A stretch of DNA of 64,000 bases, from NCBI GenBank assembly GCA_913060495.1, contig CAJXRP010000012.1:4092-68091 (forward strand), given 5' to 3'. The notes beneath the pieces were generated by a model. That model had not been told where the DNA came from. It searched no databases and worked only from the letters and a program-made list of their open reading frames with translations. Position 1 is the stretch's first letter. Every line of letters starts with the position of its first letter. This DNA is from an uncultured Gammaproteobacteria bacterium. GTDB lineage: Bacteria > Pseudomonadota > Gammaproteobacteria > Pseudomonadales > Pseudohongiellaceae. The translations under genes and the position numbers were made by a program. Positions 56,250 to 64,000 of this stretch are shown one piece after another.

Positions 56250-56964
56250 TCGCCCAAGTTAGTGGCGGCATGCGCAAGAAGGCATCCTTCAGGAGTTGAT
56301 CCCAGGATTTCTTTAGATCGCGTAGGAATTCGCTGTCGTCTTCAAAGCGGTGGAGATTTGTTGCGGTGAGAGAGCCGGTTTTATAGATCAGCATTTCTAT
56401 CGGTGGGCCCACGCTGAGATTACTACGCAGGGTTGAGTCCATAGAAACTAGCGCACACATGGCGCAGGTATCGAGGTCGAGATCTGGCTGCAGGATACGG
56501 TCTAGAATTGGCTTGCCGTATTTGCTCTCGCCGATTTGTAAGTAGGGAGTGTCCTTCGAGGTGGTGATGTGATTCCCCTCAGGATAGACGAGAATAGTTT
56601 CATGCTTGGAGCTGCCGATCTGTCCGCCAATAATAAAACTGGCTTCAAATTTCTTGCCTTCGATTGTGCGCTTTTCCTGTTGCTCTCTGGAAATATCTCC
56701 GATGTAATCAGCAGCCTCTTGGAGGCTCTCTATGTTCAGGAGATTGACCTCTGCACCCTTCTTAATGTCTGATTTGACGGTGGCGATGGTGGCTTGGGTG
56801 GTGGCGAGATTTCCTGCGCTTAGAATGACGAACTGCCGTTCACCGTCGATTCCAAAGTGGAACATTTTGCTATAAGTAGACACCTGATCGATGCCTGCGT
56901 TGGTAAGTGAATCGGAACAGAATACTATTCCTTCGTTCACTGAAACTGCTACACAATAAGTCAT
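56206..56964 (-). CDS. proteasome beta-subunit-like protein (Anbu-type)
   Basis: MTYCVAVSVNEGIVFCSDSLTNAG.. has Thr immediately after Met with no propeptide. 252 aa. Its 3' end overlaps the convergent zincin gene by 44 nt. Confidence 0.85.
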   Translation of the reverse strand: MTYCVAVSVNEGIVFCSDSLTNAGIDQVSTYSKMFHFGIDGERQFVILSAGNLATTQATIATVKSDIKKGAEVNLLNIESLQEAADYIGDISREQQEKRTIEGKKFEASFIIGGQIGSSKHETILVYPEGNHITTSKDTPYLQIGESKYGKPILDRILQPDLDLDTCAMCALVSMDSTLRSNLSVGPPIEMLIYKTGSLTATNLHRFEDDSEFLRDLKKSWDQLLKDAFLRMPPLTWATNWDRASRERNGAS

Positions 56965-57147
56965 TTTTTACTAATTCTGATCAAACAAGCGCTCAATCAT
57001 ACTAACTATACTAGTGACTGGGTAGCGGTATTTTGGGGAATTTAAGCGGCAAGAATGCCCACAAATAGTGTGATGTTTGGCTGGCTCGAACGATCAACAG
57101 CACAGCAAAGAAAACCTGCCGTCGACAACTACTGTGGGCTGTGAGGC

Positions 57148-57384
57148 CTAGCTCATATTGTCGAGCAGGCTATCCAGATCCTCGTAGTCTAATTCATGGT
57201 CGATGCGTTTGCTGTCTAGGCGCTCTTCGATGCGGCGGCGCAGGGCGGTAAACTGCGTCTTCGATGAGGCCACTTTTATCGGCGTTTCGTCCGCTTCAAT
57301 AGCTTCATCATCCGCCAATAAGGCAGTGGCATCTAGAAACTCTTTCGAGTCGTCTATTGAATCATCCCATTGGGTTTCTTTCAT
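57148..57384 (-). CDS. small acidic hypothetical protein
   Basis: MKETQWDDSIDDSKEF...ALRRRIEERLDSKRIDHELDYEDLDSLLDNMS is highly acidic with a basic RRRIEERL core. I preferred ATG 57384 over ATG 57405. Confidence 0.55.
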   Translation of the reverse strand: MKETQWDDSIDDSKEFLDATALLADDEAIEADETPIKVASSKTQFTALRRRIEERLDSKRIDHELDYEDLDSLLDNMS

Positions 57385-57568
57385 GGCGATTCTCACTCTG
57401 TCCATAAACGATAGGTAATAGGAACATAGGCTCCTATTACATCTATCGTTTGTTCAGGCGGGAATCTTCAATAAAATTTGGGGGAAAATAGAAGAATACT
57501 TGAACAATCTCTTCTTTGGTAGAAAGGCTATTTAAAACAGAGTGTTACTGGGTTTGGGGCGCGATGCT

Positions 57569-59320
57569 TCAGGCATCGACGCCTAGTGACTCCATAGTTT
57601 TCTTGCGCAATTCTTTCTTGGCTATCTTGCCGGTAGCAATGCGCGGCAATTGTTCATACTGGAAATAGAATTTTTCGGGTATTTTAAAGGCAGCGATCCG
57701 TGCGCTTAAGAATGTGCTCAACTCCTCGCTACTAAGGGCGCTTTCTTGTTGCAACATTATTGAGGCGCAGGGCATTTCGCCAAGACGTTCGTCAGGTATG
57801 CCATACACAGAAACCTCGCTCACCTCAGGATGTTCGCAGATCGCATATTCTACTTCTGCGCAGCCTATATTTTCCCCGCCACGGATCACTATGTCTTTGG
57901 CGCGATCCAAGATAATAAGGAAGCCTAATTCGTCTAACATGCCTATATCGCCAGTGTGAAACCAGCCGTCTTTGATCACTTCGGCGGTGGCTTCGGGGTT
58001 GTTCCAGTAGCCTTTCATTACCGTCGCACCTTTGATGCAAATCTCGCCGACTTCGCAAGCTTCAAGGGTATTTCCAACGTCGTCCACGATCTGCACACTC
58101 GTTACTGGAGGGGTAGGTCTCCCAGTGCTATTCGGTCTGCTAGCGTAGAACTTGCCGGATATTATCGCGCCGATTGCATTTGTTTCCGTCAGACCATAAC
58201 CAAGGCCTGGAATTGCTGCATCTGGAAATTTTTGCATGATCATATTGAGGTGTTCTGGTGGCCTAGGGGCACCACCACTTTGCACGCCGCGTAAACTACG
58301 CAGGTCAGTCGTATCGAAACTTGGCGCTTGCATGAGTTCCCAAGCCATCGTGGGCACACCATGAAAGACTGAAATCCGCTCTTCCTCGATTAGTTTTAAT
58401 GCGACCTCGGCATCCCATTTGTACATCATCACAAACTTGCGCAGGTAGATGAAGCTGGCTAGAAATTGTGCGTGACTACCAGTTACATGAAATAGTGGGA
58501 CATTCGCGAGTAGGGCGGGTGGAAATTCTGGATTCTCGTCTAATAGCTCGGGTCGCAGGATCTCTGTGATCTCTTTGACGAACTTCCAAGTGTAGAGTGC
58601 GTTGATTATGTTCCGGTGAGTGGAAAGCACTCCTTTGGGCATACCCGTAGAGCCGGAGGTGTACATGATCGAGGCTTTGTCTTCGGGGAATACTTCTGTC
58701 TCATCGAGTTCCGCTTGAGAAAGTGGTTTCATCGATCGAGCTAGTTCATAAAATTCGGGGAACGCAGACTCGGCCTCCGGCTTGAACATTACAATTTGCA
58801 CATCGAGGCTATCTATAAATGGTTTTACTAAGTCCAGTCGTGCCGGGTCTAGAAAGATTAGTTTACTGTCACTGTCGCTAAGGCCGTATTTTAGTTCTGG
58901 GCTCTTCCACCAGGAATTCATGGGCACTGCAATTGCGCCTAGTAGGGTGATCGCCATATACGCTATACACCACTCGGGGGAATTGCGTGCACAAATAGCG
59001 ACACGATCACCCAGTTGAATGCCATATTTTTCTTTGAGCGCACGCGCCATACGCAATGCTAGGTCTAAACTTTCAGCGAAACTAAAGCGCTCTTGCTGAT
59101 ACACCAGAAAAGTTTCGTCACCAGCTTCTAAGCCAAGCTTGTAGAGTGCACCGAGGTTTGTTGGTACGTGGGCGAAAACATTCAATTCCAAACCATCGAT
59201 AGTGACAGTTTCAGTCTCGAGGGCGGCACCTGGCCCCATATGCGCGGCGGCAATGGTTTTTAGCTTGCTCAGGTCATCACTTATTTGTTGTTCGGACAGT
59301 TTGTTTGCTTGAATTGTCAC
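57569..59320 (-). CDS. AMP-dependent acyl-CoA synthetase/ligase
   Basis: Has IMYTSGSTGMPKGV, GYGLTET, WFHTGDIG and ATGKIAKKEL. Confidence 0.9.
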   Translation of the reverse strand: MTIQANKLSEQQISDDLSKLKTIAAAHMGPGAALETETVTIDGLELNVFAHVPTNLGALYKLGLEAGDETFLVYQQERFSFAESLDLALRMARALKEKYGIQLGDRVAICARNSPEWCIAYMAITLLGAIAVPMNSWWKSPELKYGLSDSDSKLIFLDPARLDLVKPFIDSLDVQIVMFKPEAESAFPEFYELARSMKPLSQAELDETEVFPEDKASIMYTSGSTGMPKGVLSTHRNIINALYTWKFVKEITEILRPELLDENPEFPPALLANVPLFHVTGSHAQFLASFIYLRKFVMMYKWDAEVALKLIEEERISVFHGVPTMAWELMQAPSFDTTDLRSLRGVQSGGAPRPPEHLNMIMQKFPDAAIPGLGYGLTETNAIGAIISGKFYASRPNSTGRPTPPVTSVQIVDDVGNTLEACEVGEICIKGATVMKGYWNNPEATAEVIKDGWFHTGDIGMLDELGFLIILDRAKDIVIRGGENIGCAEVEYAICEHPEVSEVSVYGIPDERLGEMPCASIMLQQESALSSEELSTFLSARIAAFKIPEKFYFQYEQLPRIATGKIAKKELRKKTMESLGVDA

Positions 59321-60300
59321 TCTTTATCTATCTCCAGCGTCACTTTTCCCATGACTTTGCGTTCAGTGAACACATTGAACGCATCTACAAAATCAGTCAT
59401 CGCGAAAGATTCGGTGACAATGGGTTTTAATTTTCCTGCGTCGTACATTTCCAACAATTCGGCGAAGTTCTTCTCGTATTCTGCAGGTTCTTCTTTTCTG
59501 AAGCGCCCGAGAAACACACCAACCATGGATGATCCCTTGAGCAGGGCGAGATTAGCCTTGTACTCGGGGATGCGTCCGCTGGCGAATCCCACCACTAGAA
59601 GTCTTCCGTTCCAGTTTATGCAGCGACAGCTTTGATCGAAGAGGTCACCGCCCACTGGATCGTAGATTACGTCAGCGCCCTTGCCATCGGTAAGTTCTTT
59701 TACTTTCTCTTTAAAATCACCCTCACCGTAGTTTAGTAATGCATCGGGGTTTAATCGATTGACGAATTCGAGCTTCTCATCGGAGCTGGCGGCAGCAATG
59801 ACCTTGGCGCCCATCAGCTTGCCGAGTTCAACGGCGGCTAGGCCTACACCACCACTGGCGCCTAGAACTAGCAGGGTTTCGCCGGGCTGCAACTGTGCCC
59901 GTTGCTTCAGGGCGTAATAGGATGTTGTGTAGATCATCGCAAAGCCAGCGGCTGTCTTAAAGTCCATGCTGTCTGGAATCTTACGCAGGCCATCGGCCTT
60001 GACGGCAACCTGTTCGGCTAATCCGCCGATACCGGGAGTGGCCATGACTCTATCGCCCACAGCGAAGCCTTGGAGACCTGTGCCAACAGAGGTAATTATT
60101 CCGCCAACTTCCGAGCCCGGTGTGAAGGGCATTGGTGGTTGAAATTGGTATTTACCCTGAATCTGCAATCCGTCAGGGAAATTCAGTGATGCGGAATAAA
60201 CCTTAACAACCGCCTCATTCTCTGCGGCGATGGGGTCATCGATCTCTTCCAATGCAAGATTTTCAGGGGGGCCATAGGTCTTACAAACGATCGCTTTCAT
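59317..60300 (-). CDS. NADPH:quinone oxidoreductase family (MDR) protein
   Basis: Has MKAIVCKTYGPPENL and GASGGVGLAAVELGKLMGAKVIAAASS. There is a 4-nt overlap with the downstream ligase gene. Confidence 0.9.
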   Translation of the reverse strand: MKAIVCKTYGPPENLALEEIDDPIAAENEAVVKVYSASLNFPDGLQIQGKYQFQPPMPFTPGSEVGGIITSVGTGLQGFAVGDRVMATPGIGGLAEQVAVKADGLRKIPDSMDFKTAAGFAMIYTTSYYALKQRAQLQPGETLLVLGASGGVGLAAVELGKLMGAKVIAAASSDEKLEFVNRLNPDALLNYGEGDFKEKVKELTDGKGADVIYDPVGGDLFDQSCRCINWNGRLLVVGFASGRIPEYKANLALLKGSSMVGVFLGRFRKEEPAEYEKNFAELLEMYDAGKLKPIVTESFAMTDFVDAFNVFTERKVMGKVTLEIDKE

Positions 60301-60469
60301 AGGATTACCTCGAGTACAACGAACGCGGATTCAATCACGAATAGGTCTCTACTTCAATTGTTCAGAGTATTCCTCGATTTCCTTCTGTAGCTGTTGGTGA
60401 TTGTATTGTTGTGGTGAGTGCAAACGCGTATATTTAACCCAAGATTTTTCTCTATCAGTGCATCCCTCG

Positions 60470-61288
60470 ATGAATGAACGAAAACGACAAGCCTATTTAG
60501 AGGCCATGGATATTCAGACCTATTTCCCTAGGCAACAGTTGCCTGGGGCGAAGCCTTCGCCTGTCTACGATTTCCCTGCTATAAGCGCAGCTCTTCCTGA
60601 AATGACTGAGTTGGATGAATTGGCTCAGGCGCAGACTAGAGTCTCAGCGAAGAGTGAGCGGTCAGCAAAGGGGTTGGAGGCGGTTGAAGAGCTGCGCTCA
60701 CAAGCGCCTACCACGCGCAAAGCAACGGTAACGCCAATCCATCAATCGACCCCGGCGCCAGAAAATGCGAATGAAATTGACGCAGCTGCGGATCAAGAGG
60801 GTGGTCTGAGTTTTACGCTACGCTACTATCTCATCAACGAAAGACTGGCTGTGCTCGATGAAGTGCCTGAGCAGGGGTCTAGGCAAATCAACAAAGAATC
60901 TCTGGCCTTGATGCAAGCAATTCTAAAGGCATTGGGACAAGATGGCTTCGAGTCGAACCCGCAGGCGGAAGAATTTTCCTGGCCTTTGCAGGGTGGCTAT
61001 TCCATGAAAAACACGCCGAAAATAGAGGCGGCGAAAGCGATCTCAGGGTTTCTACAGATGCGCAAAGAGACCGATGGCTTCACTAATCTGCTGGTGTTCG
61101 CAGGGCAGGTCGAAGATGTGCTATTGCAGTTTGATGCGAACAAGAACGCGCGAGATTTTGAGAGCAGTAAAGGCTACTTTGTTACGGTAACCCATAGCTT
61201 AGCCTCAATGCTGGCAGTATCCACTTTAAAGAGAGATGTATGGCAGCATTTGCAGGCCCTTAGAAAGCGAATCGATAGTTCTATCTAG
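60470..61288 (+). CDS. hypothetical protein upstream of rimI (possible long DNA polymerase III psi/HolD-like)
   Basis: ATG 60470 (MNERKRQAYLEAMDIQTYFPRQQLPGAKP..). The position upstream of rimI and the N-terminal motif resemble holD (..RRDWQLQQLGITQW.LRRP). The middle is low-complexity. Functional call is weak. Confidence 0.6.
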   Translation: MNERKRQAYLEAMDIQTYFPRQQLPGAKPSPVYDFPAISAALPEMTELDELAQAQTRVSAKSERSAKGLEAVEELRSQAPTTRKATVTPIHQSTPAPENANEIDAAADQEGGLSFTLRYYLINERLAVLDEVPEQGSRQINKESLALMQAILKALGQDGFESNPQAEEFSWPLQGGYSMKNTPKIEAAKAISGFLQMRKETDGFTNLLVFAGQVEDVLLQFDANKNARDFESSKGYFVTVTHSLASMLAVSTLKRDVWQHLQALRKRIDSSI

Positions 61289-61337
61289 ATCTTTATTGTT
61301 AACTTGTCTGAAACCTGTATGCCAATTCCACTGAACT

Positions 61338-61814
61338 ATGCTTCCTGAAAAAAATTCCAAAACAGGCTTCTTTGCGAGAACTATGCGAACTAGCGACGTC
61401 GAACTAGTCGCGCAGAATGAAGCCGCTTGCTATGAACACCCCTGGACTAAGCGCATCATTGTTGATTGTCTTAGGGCTGGCTATCAATGTTGGGTCTTAG
61501 CCAATAAGCAGCAGATAATTGCCCATGCGGTTGTATCTGTAGCAATCGGTGAGTGTCATCTATTAACGCTGTGTGTCCATCCGGAGTATCAGCGTCATGG
61601 CTACGCCAGAAAACTGTTTAAGCTGATGCTTGATCGTGCGCACAAGCAGGAGGCAGAAGTCTGTTTTCTCGAGGTTCGCCGCTCCAATGAAGGCGCGATT
61701 AATCTTTATCGTTCGATGGGTTTTGTGCAGATAGGGGAGCGTAAAAACTACTATCCTGGGAAAGGCGATAGGGAAGACGCGTTGATCATGTCGCGCGATT
61801 TACCATTGCCTTAG
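61338..61814 (+). CDS. rimI: ribosomal-protein-alanine N-acetyltransferase RimI
   Basis: GNAT fold. Has ECHLLTLCVHPEYQRHGYARKLF, FLEVRRSNEGAINLYRSMGF and YYPG..EDALIM. Confidence 0.85.
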   Translation: MLPEKNSKTGFFARTMRTSDVELVAQNEAACYEHPWTKRIIVDCLRAGYQCWVLANKQQIIAHAVVSVAIGECHLLTLCVHPEYQRHGYARKLFKLMLDRAHKQEAEVCFLEVRRSNEGAINLYRSMGFVQIGERKNYYPGKGDREDALIMSRDLPLP

Positions 61815-61841
61815 CCGTTTTGGGAGTAGACGGTCGGTAGT

Positions 61842-62081
61842 TTATTCAGAGCTGTTAATTCTGCTCAGTAATTTCTTCAGCAAGGAGAATACGGCAACGA
61901 GGCACAATGCTGCGAGCATGATTCCAGCAACAAGGAAGATGCTACCTAGCAGCATGTTGAGCAGATCTTCCATGGAGAGATCTTGCCAAGAGGCGACCAC
62001 CCAAACGCAGGCTAGACCGCAAGCAATACCTACCAGTACGGCAGCTGTTTTCTTACGAATTTTCAGTAATGAAAAAATCAA
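61842..62081 (-). CDS. hypothetical small membrane protein
   Basis: 79 aa with two TM helices. The start overlaps the hisC-fusion stop (ATGA). Confidence 0.5.
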   Translation of the reverse strand: MIFSLLKIRKKTAAVLVGIACGLACVWVVASWQDLSMEDLLNMLLGSIFLVAGIMLAALCLVAVFSLLKKLLSRINSSE

Positions 62082-63586
62082 AACTTGGGCCTGTTGTCGT
62101 CATCGTCATAGCTGGCTGTGCAGCCAGGGTAGTCGCTGCAACCCCAGAATACACCATTCTTGCCGCTGCGTTTTACCAGTAGCTGATTGCACTTCTGGCA
62201 TTGATAAGCCGCTTCCGGCACACCATCATGATCTGGCAGAGTGACTTTACAGCCCTTAGAGTATCCGCTGCAAAACCAATAATCCCCTTTTTCCTTATCG
62301 GCCTTTACCAATTGGCGCGTGCACAGAGGGCAACGATAATGTTCATCCACATCTTCAGAGGGTTTGCCATCTACGTCATTAAACGAGGTGCGGCAATCGG
62401 GGAACCCGGTGCAGCCCCAGAAGGGGCCCATCTTGCCTTGGATTCGCCGCAGAGGTTTCTTGCAGCGCGGGCAATAATGTAATCGTTCGTTACTACTGTC
62501 TTGTTCGGTTTCTTGCTGTGTTAGTTCTTTGATCGCAGCAACTAGTGCGGCGTTCTCTGCGGCTGTGCCAATTGAAATACGTAATTTGTCGCGCAATCGA
62601 TCTTGGTCGAAATAGCGCAGCAGAATATTGCGTTGCTTCAATTGCAGATAGAGTTTTTCGGCTCCTATTGATTCTGGAACCTGACATAAAATGAAATTGC
62701 TCTGACTCGCTGGCGCAATAAGACCGAGTTCGGCTAACTCTGTACGTAACTGTTCTCTGCTTTGGCGAATACGCTCGCAGTTTTCCCGTGCGTATTGAAA
62801 CGAATTTAGCGCGGCGGTTGCGAGGCTTTGGGCAATATGGTCCGTGTTGTAACTGTCTCGTGTTTTAAACATCATCGGTTCAATCAAGGATTTCGCTGCA
62901 ATGCCGTAACCAAAGCGCAAGCCCGCAAGAGAGTATGCCTTGCTCAATGTTCTGAGGATCAAAACGTTGTTATGAGATTTAATCAGCGAAATCGAATCGT
63001 AGTTGAGTTCTGGGTCGACAAAATCGACATAGGCCTCATCGATTAACAACAGTCCGGAAAAATTTTTAGCTATCTTCGCGAGATACTCGGTGGATAGCAG
63101 GGCGCCGGTGGGTGCGTTAGGGTTAACCAAAATCAATAGCTTAGCTGCGGACTTATTTAATTGTTCTAGAAAATCTTCTGGCATGCTCCAGTCATCATTG
63201 AGGGCAATCTCTTCAAATTGACACCCCTGAATTTCGGCGAGAACTGGGTATAGAGAGTAGCTGGGCTTGCAGACAGCAATGGTGTCTCGTTGCTCAACAT
63301 AGGTCGTTAATATGAGTCGTAATAATTCATCACCACCATTGGTGGGAATGATCTGCTCAGCGGAGATATTGTGTAAGCGGCTAGCGGCTTCCCGAAAGGA
63401 ATCAGCCATCGGTGACGGATAGCGCCTGAGGGCAGCTACGTCTATCGCTTGCAGCGCTTCGGCCACTTGAGGACTGGGCGGATAAGGGTTCTCATTGGTA
63501 TTGAGTTTAATGGTGTTAGCAGCTCCGGTTTGTTCTCCCGGGGCATAGCCTTGCATTTTCTCAATATTTTTACGTTCGAAAGACAT
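62078..63586 (-). CDS. hisC: histidinol-phosphate aminotransferase fused to three topoisomerase-type C4 zinc ribbons
   Basis: The first ~355 aa are HisC-like (NTNENPYPPSP; PLP-Lys motif LRTLSKAYSLAGLRFGY). The last ~145 aa contain YCPRCKKPL..FWGCTGFPDC, YRCPLCTRQL..YWFCSGYSKGC and YQCQKCNQLL..FWGCSDYPGC. It is one uninterrupted 502-aa frame. Confidence 0.85.
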   Translation of the reverse strand: MSFERKNIEKMQGYAPGEQTGAANTIKLNTNENPYPPSPQVAEALQAIDVAALRRYPSPMADSFREAASRLHNISAEQIIPTNGGDELLRLILTTYVEQRDTIAVCKPSYSLYPVLAEIQGCQFEEIALNDDWSMPEDFLEQLNKSAAKLLILVNPNAPTGALLSTEYLAKIAKNFSGLLLIDEAYVDFVDPELNYDSISLIKSHNNVLILRTLSKAYSLAGLRFGYGIAAKSLIEPMMFKTRDSYNTDHIAQSLATAALNSFQYARENCERIRQSREQLRTELAELGLIAPASQSNFILCQVPESIGAEKLYLQLKQRNILLRYFDQDRLRDKLRISIGTAAENAALVAAIKELTQQETEQDSSNERLHYCPRCKKPLRRIQGKMGPFWGCTGFPDCRTSFNDVDGKPSEDVDEHYRCPLCTRQLVKADKEKGDYWFCSGYSKGCKVTLPDHDGVPEAAYQCQKCNQLLVKRSGKNGVFWGCSDYPGCTASYDDDDNRPKF

Positions 63587-63769
63587 ACTGAAGATTCGTC
63601 AATTAATTGAATAGAGCTAGGAGACCAGAAAATTGTTCAGAGGCGCCCTAGAAGAGTCAGATGAACGGATTGAGACAATTCATCTGTAAACGGTAGGGTG
63701 AAAAGCTTATAGCTTTAATGGGTTTTAGTCTAGCTTCTATACTCGGTCAAACTGCTCGTTGGATCTGTA

Positions 63770-64000
63770 TTAGTTTGGTAAATAGGTGTTCAGCCTATTG
63801 GTCCATCCGGCTATCCAGCGCTGCTCTCTGCGTTCGCTAGGCGCGTTTGCGACGCGCCGCTCCAGAACTCGAGTCGCAGCCGCGACGAAGTCCTCGAGGT
63901 TGGCAGGGCTGCTGCGCATTTCCAATAAAACCTGCAGCAGTCCCCAGCCTTCATCCTGGTAGCGTTCGCTTGGAGCTATGCCGGTTCCCTTAAAATGAAC
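63770..64000 (-). CDS. hypothetical protein, C-terminal part only (gene starts beyond window end)
   Basis: The minus-strand frame is open from 64000 to TAA at 63770-63772. Translation: ..VHFKGTGIAPSERYQDEGWGLLQVLLEMRSSPANLEDFVAAATRVLERRVANAPSERREQRWIAGWTNRLNTYLPN. No family recognised. Confidence 0.5.
   Translation of the reverse strand, partial: VHFKGTGIAPSERYQDEGWGLLQVLLEMRSSPANLEDFVAAATRVLERRVANAPSERREQRWIAGWTNRLNTYLPN

Noticed and set aside
1-64000. Searched by eye for CRISPR repeats, tRNA/rRNA/tmRNA genes, integrases, transposases, IS inverted repeats, phage genes, toxin-antitoxin pairs and classical defence genes.
   Set aside because: None was recognised. The window looks like core or accessory chromosome rather than a mobile island. 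Small ncRNAs could still be present, and I cannot run covariance-model searches.

Overview
This is a 64-kb chromosomal segment with about 65 densely packed protein-coding genes on both strands. I saw no rRNA or tRNA genes, CRISPR arrays, transposases or integrases. Gene content includes a TonB-dependent receptor, many secreted haem, copper and PQQ redox proteins, acyl-CoA metabolism genes, rimO, rimI and hisC. That suggests a marine or environmental Gammaproteobacterium, but this is inference only. Most genes are ordinary housekeeping or accessory metabolism. The items worth a second look are: (1) two paralogous secreted proteins that fuse a c-type haem domain to a PHM/DBH-like two-copper monooxygenase domain; one sits in a cluster with a PQQ dehydrogenase, a dihaem cytochrome c, a translationally coupled unknown protein and a PAL-like NHL propeller, which looks like a split, cytochrome-fed bacterial analogue of peptidylglycine alpha-amidating monooxygenase. 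(2) An ArsM-like methyltransferase with an in-frame UGA at a conserved-Cys position and a SECIS-like hairpin 11 nt downstream. (3) A circularly permuted ATP-grasp / alpha-E / zincin / Anbu (proteasome-like) cluster. (4) A hisC gene fused to three topoisomerase-type zinc ribbons. (5) A Serratia-NucA-like secreted protein with its catalytic DRGH motif changed to DQGR. (6) Several orphan terminators, perfect palindromes and a shared 14-mer in 5' leaders. All family assignments come from motif recognition by eye and from memory; no searches were run.
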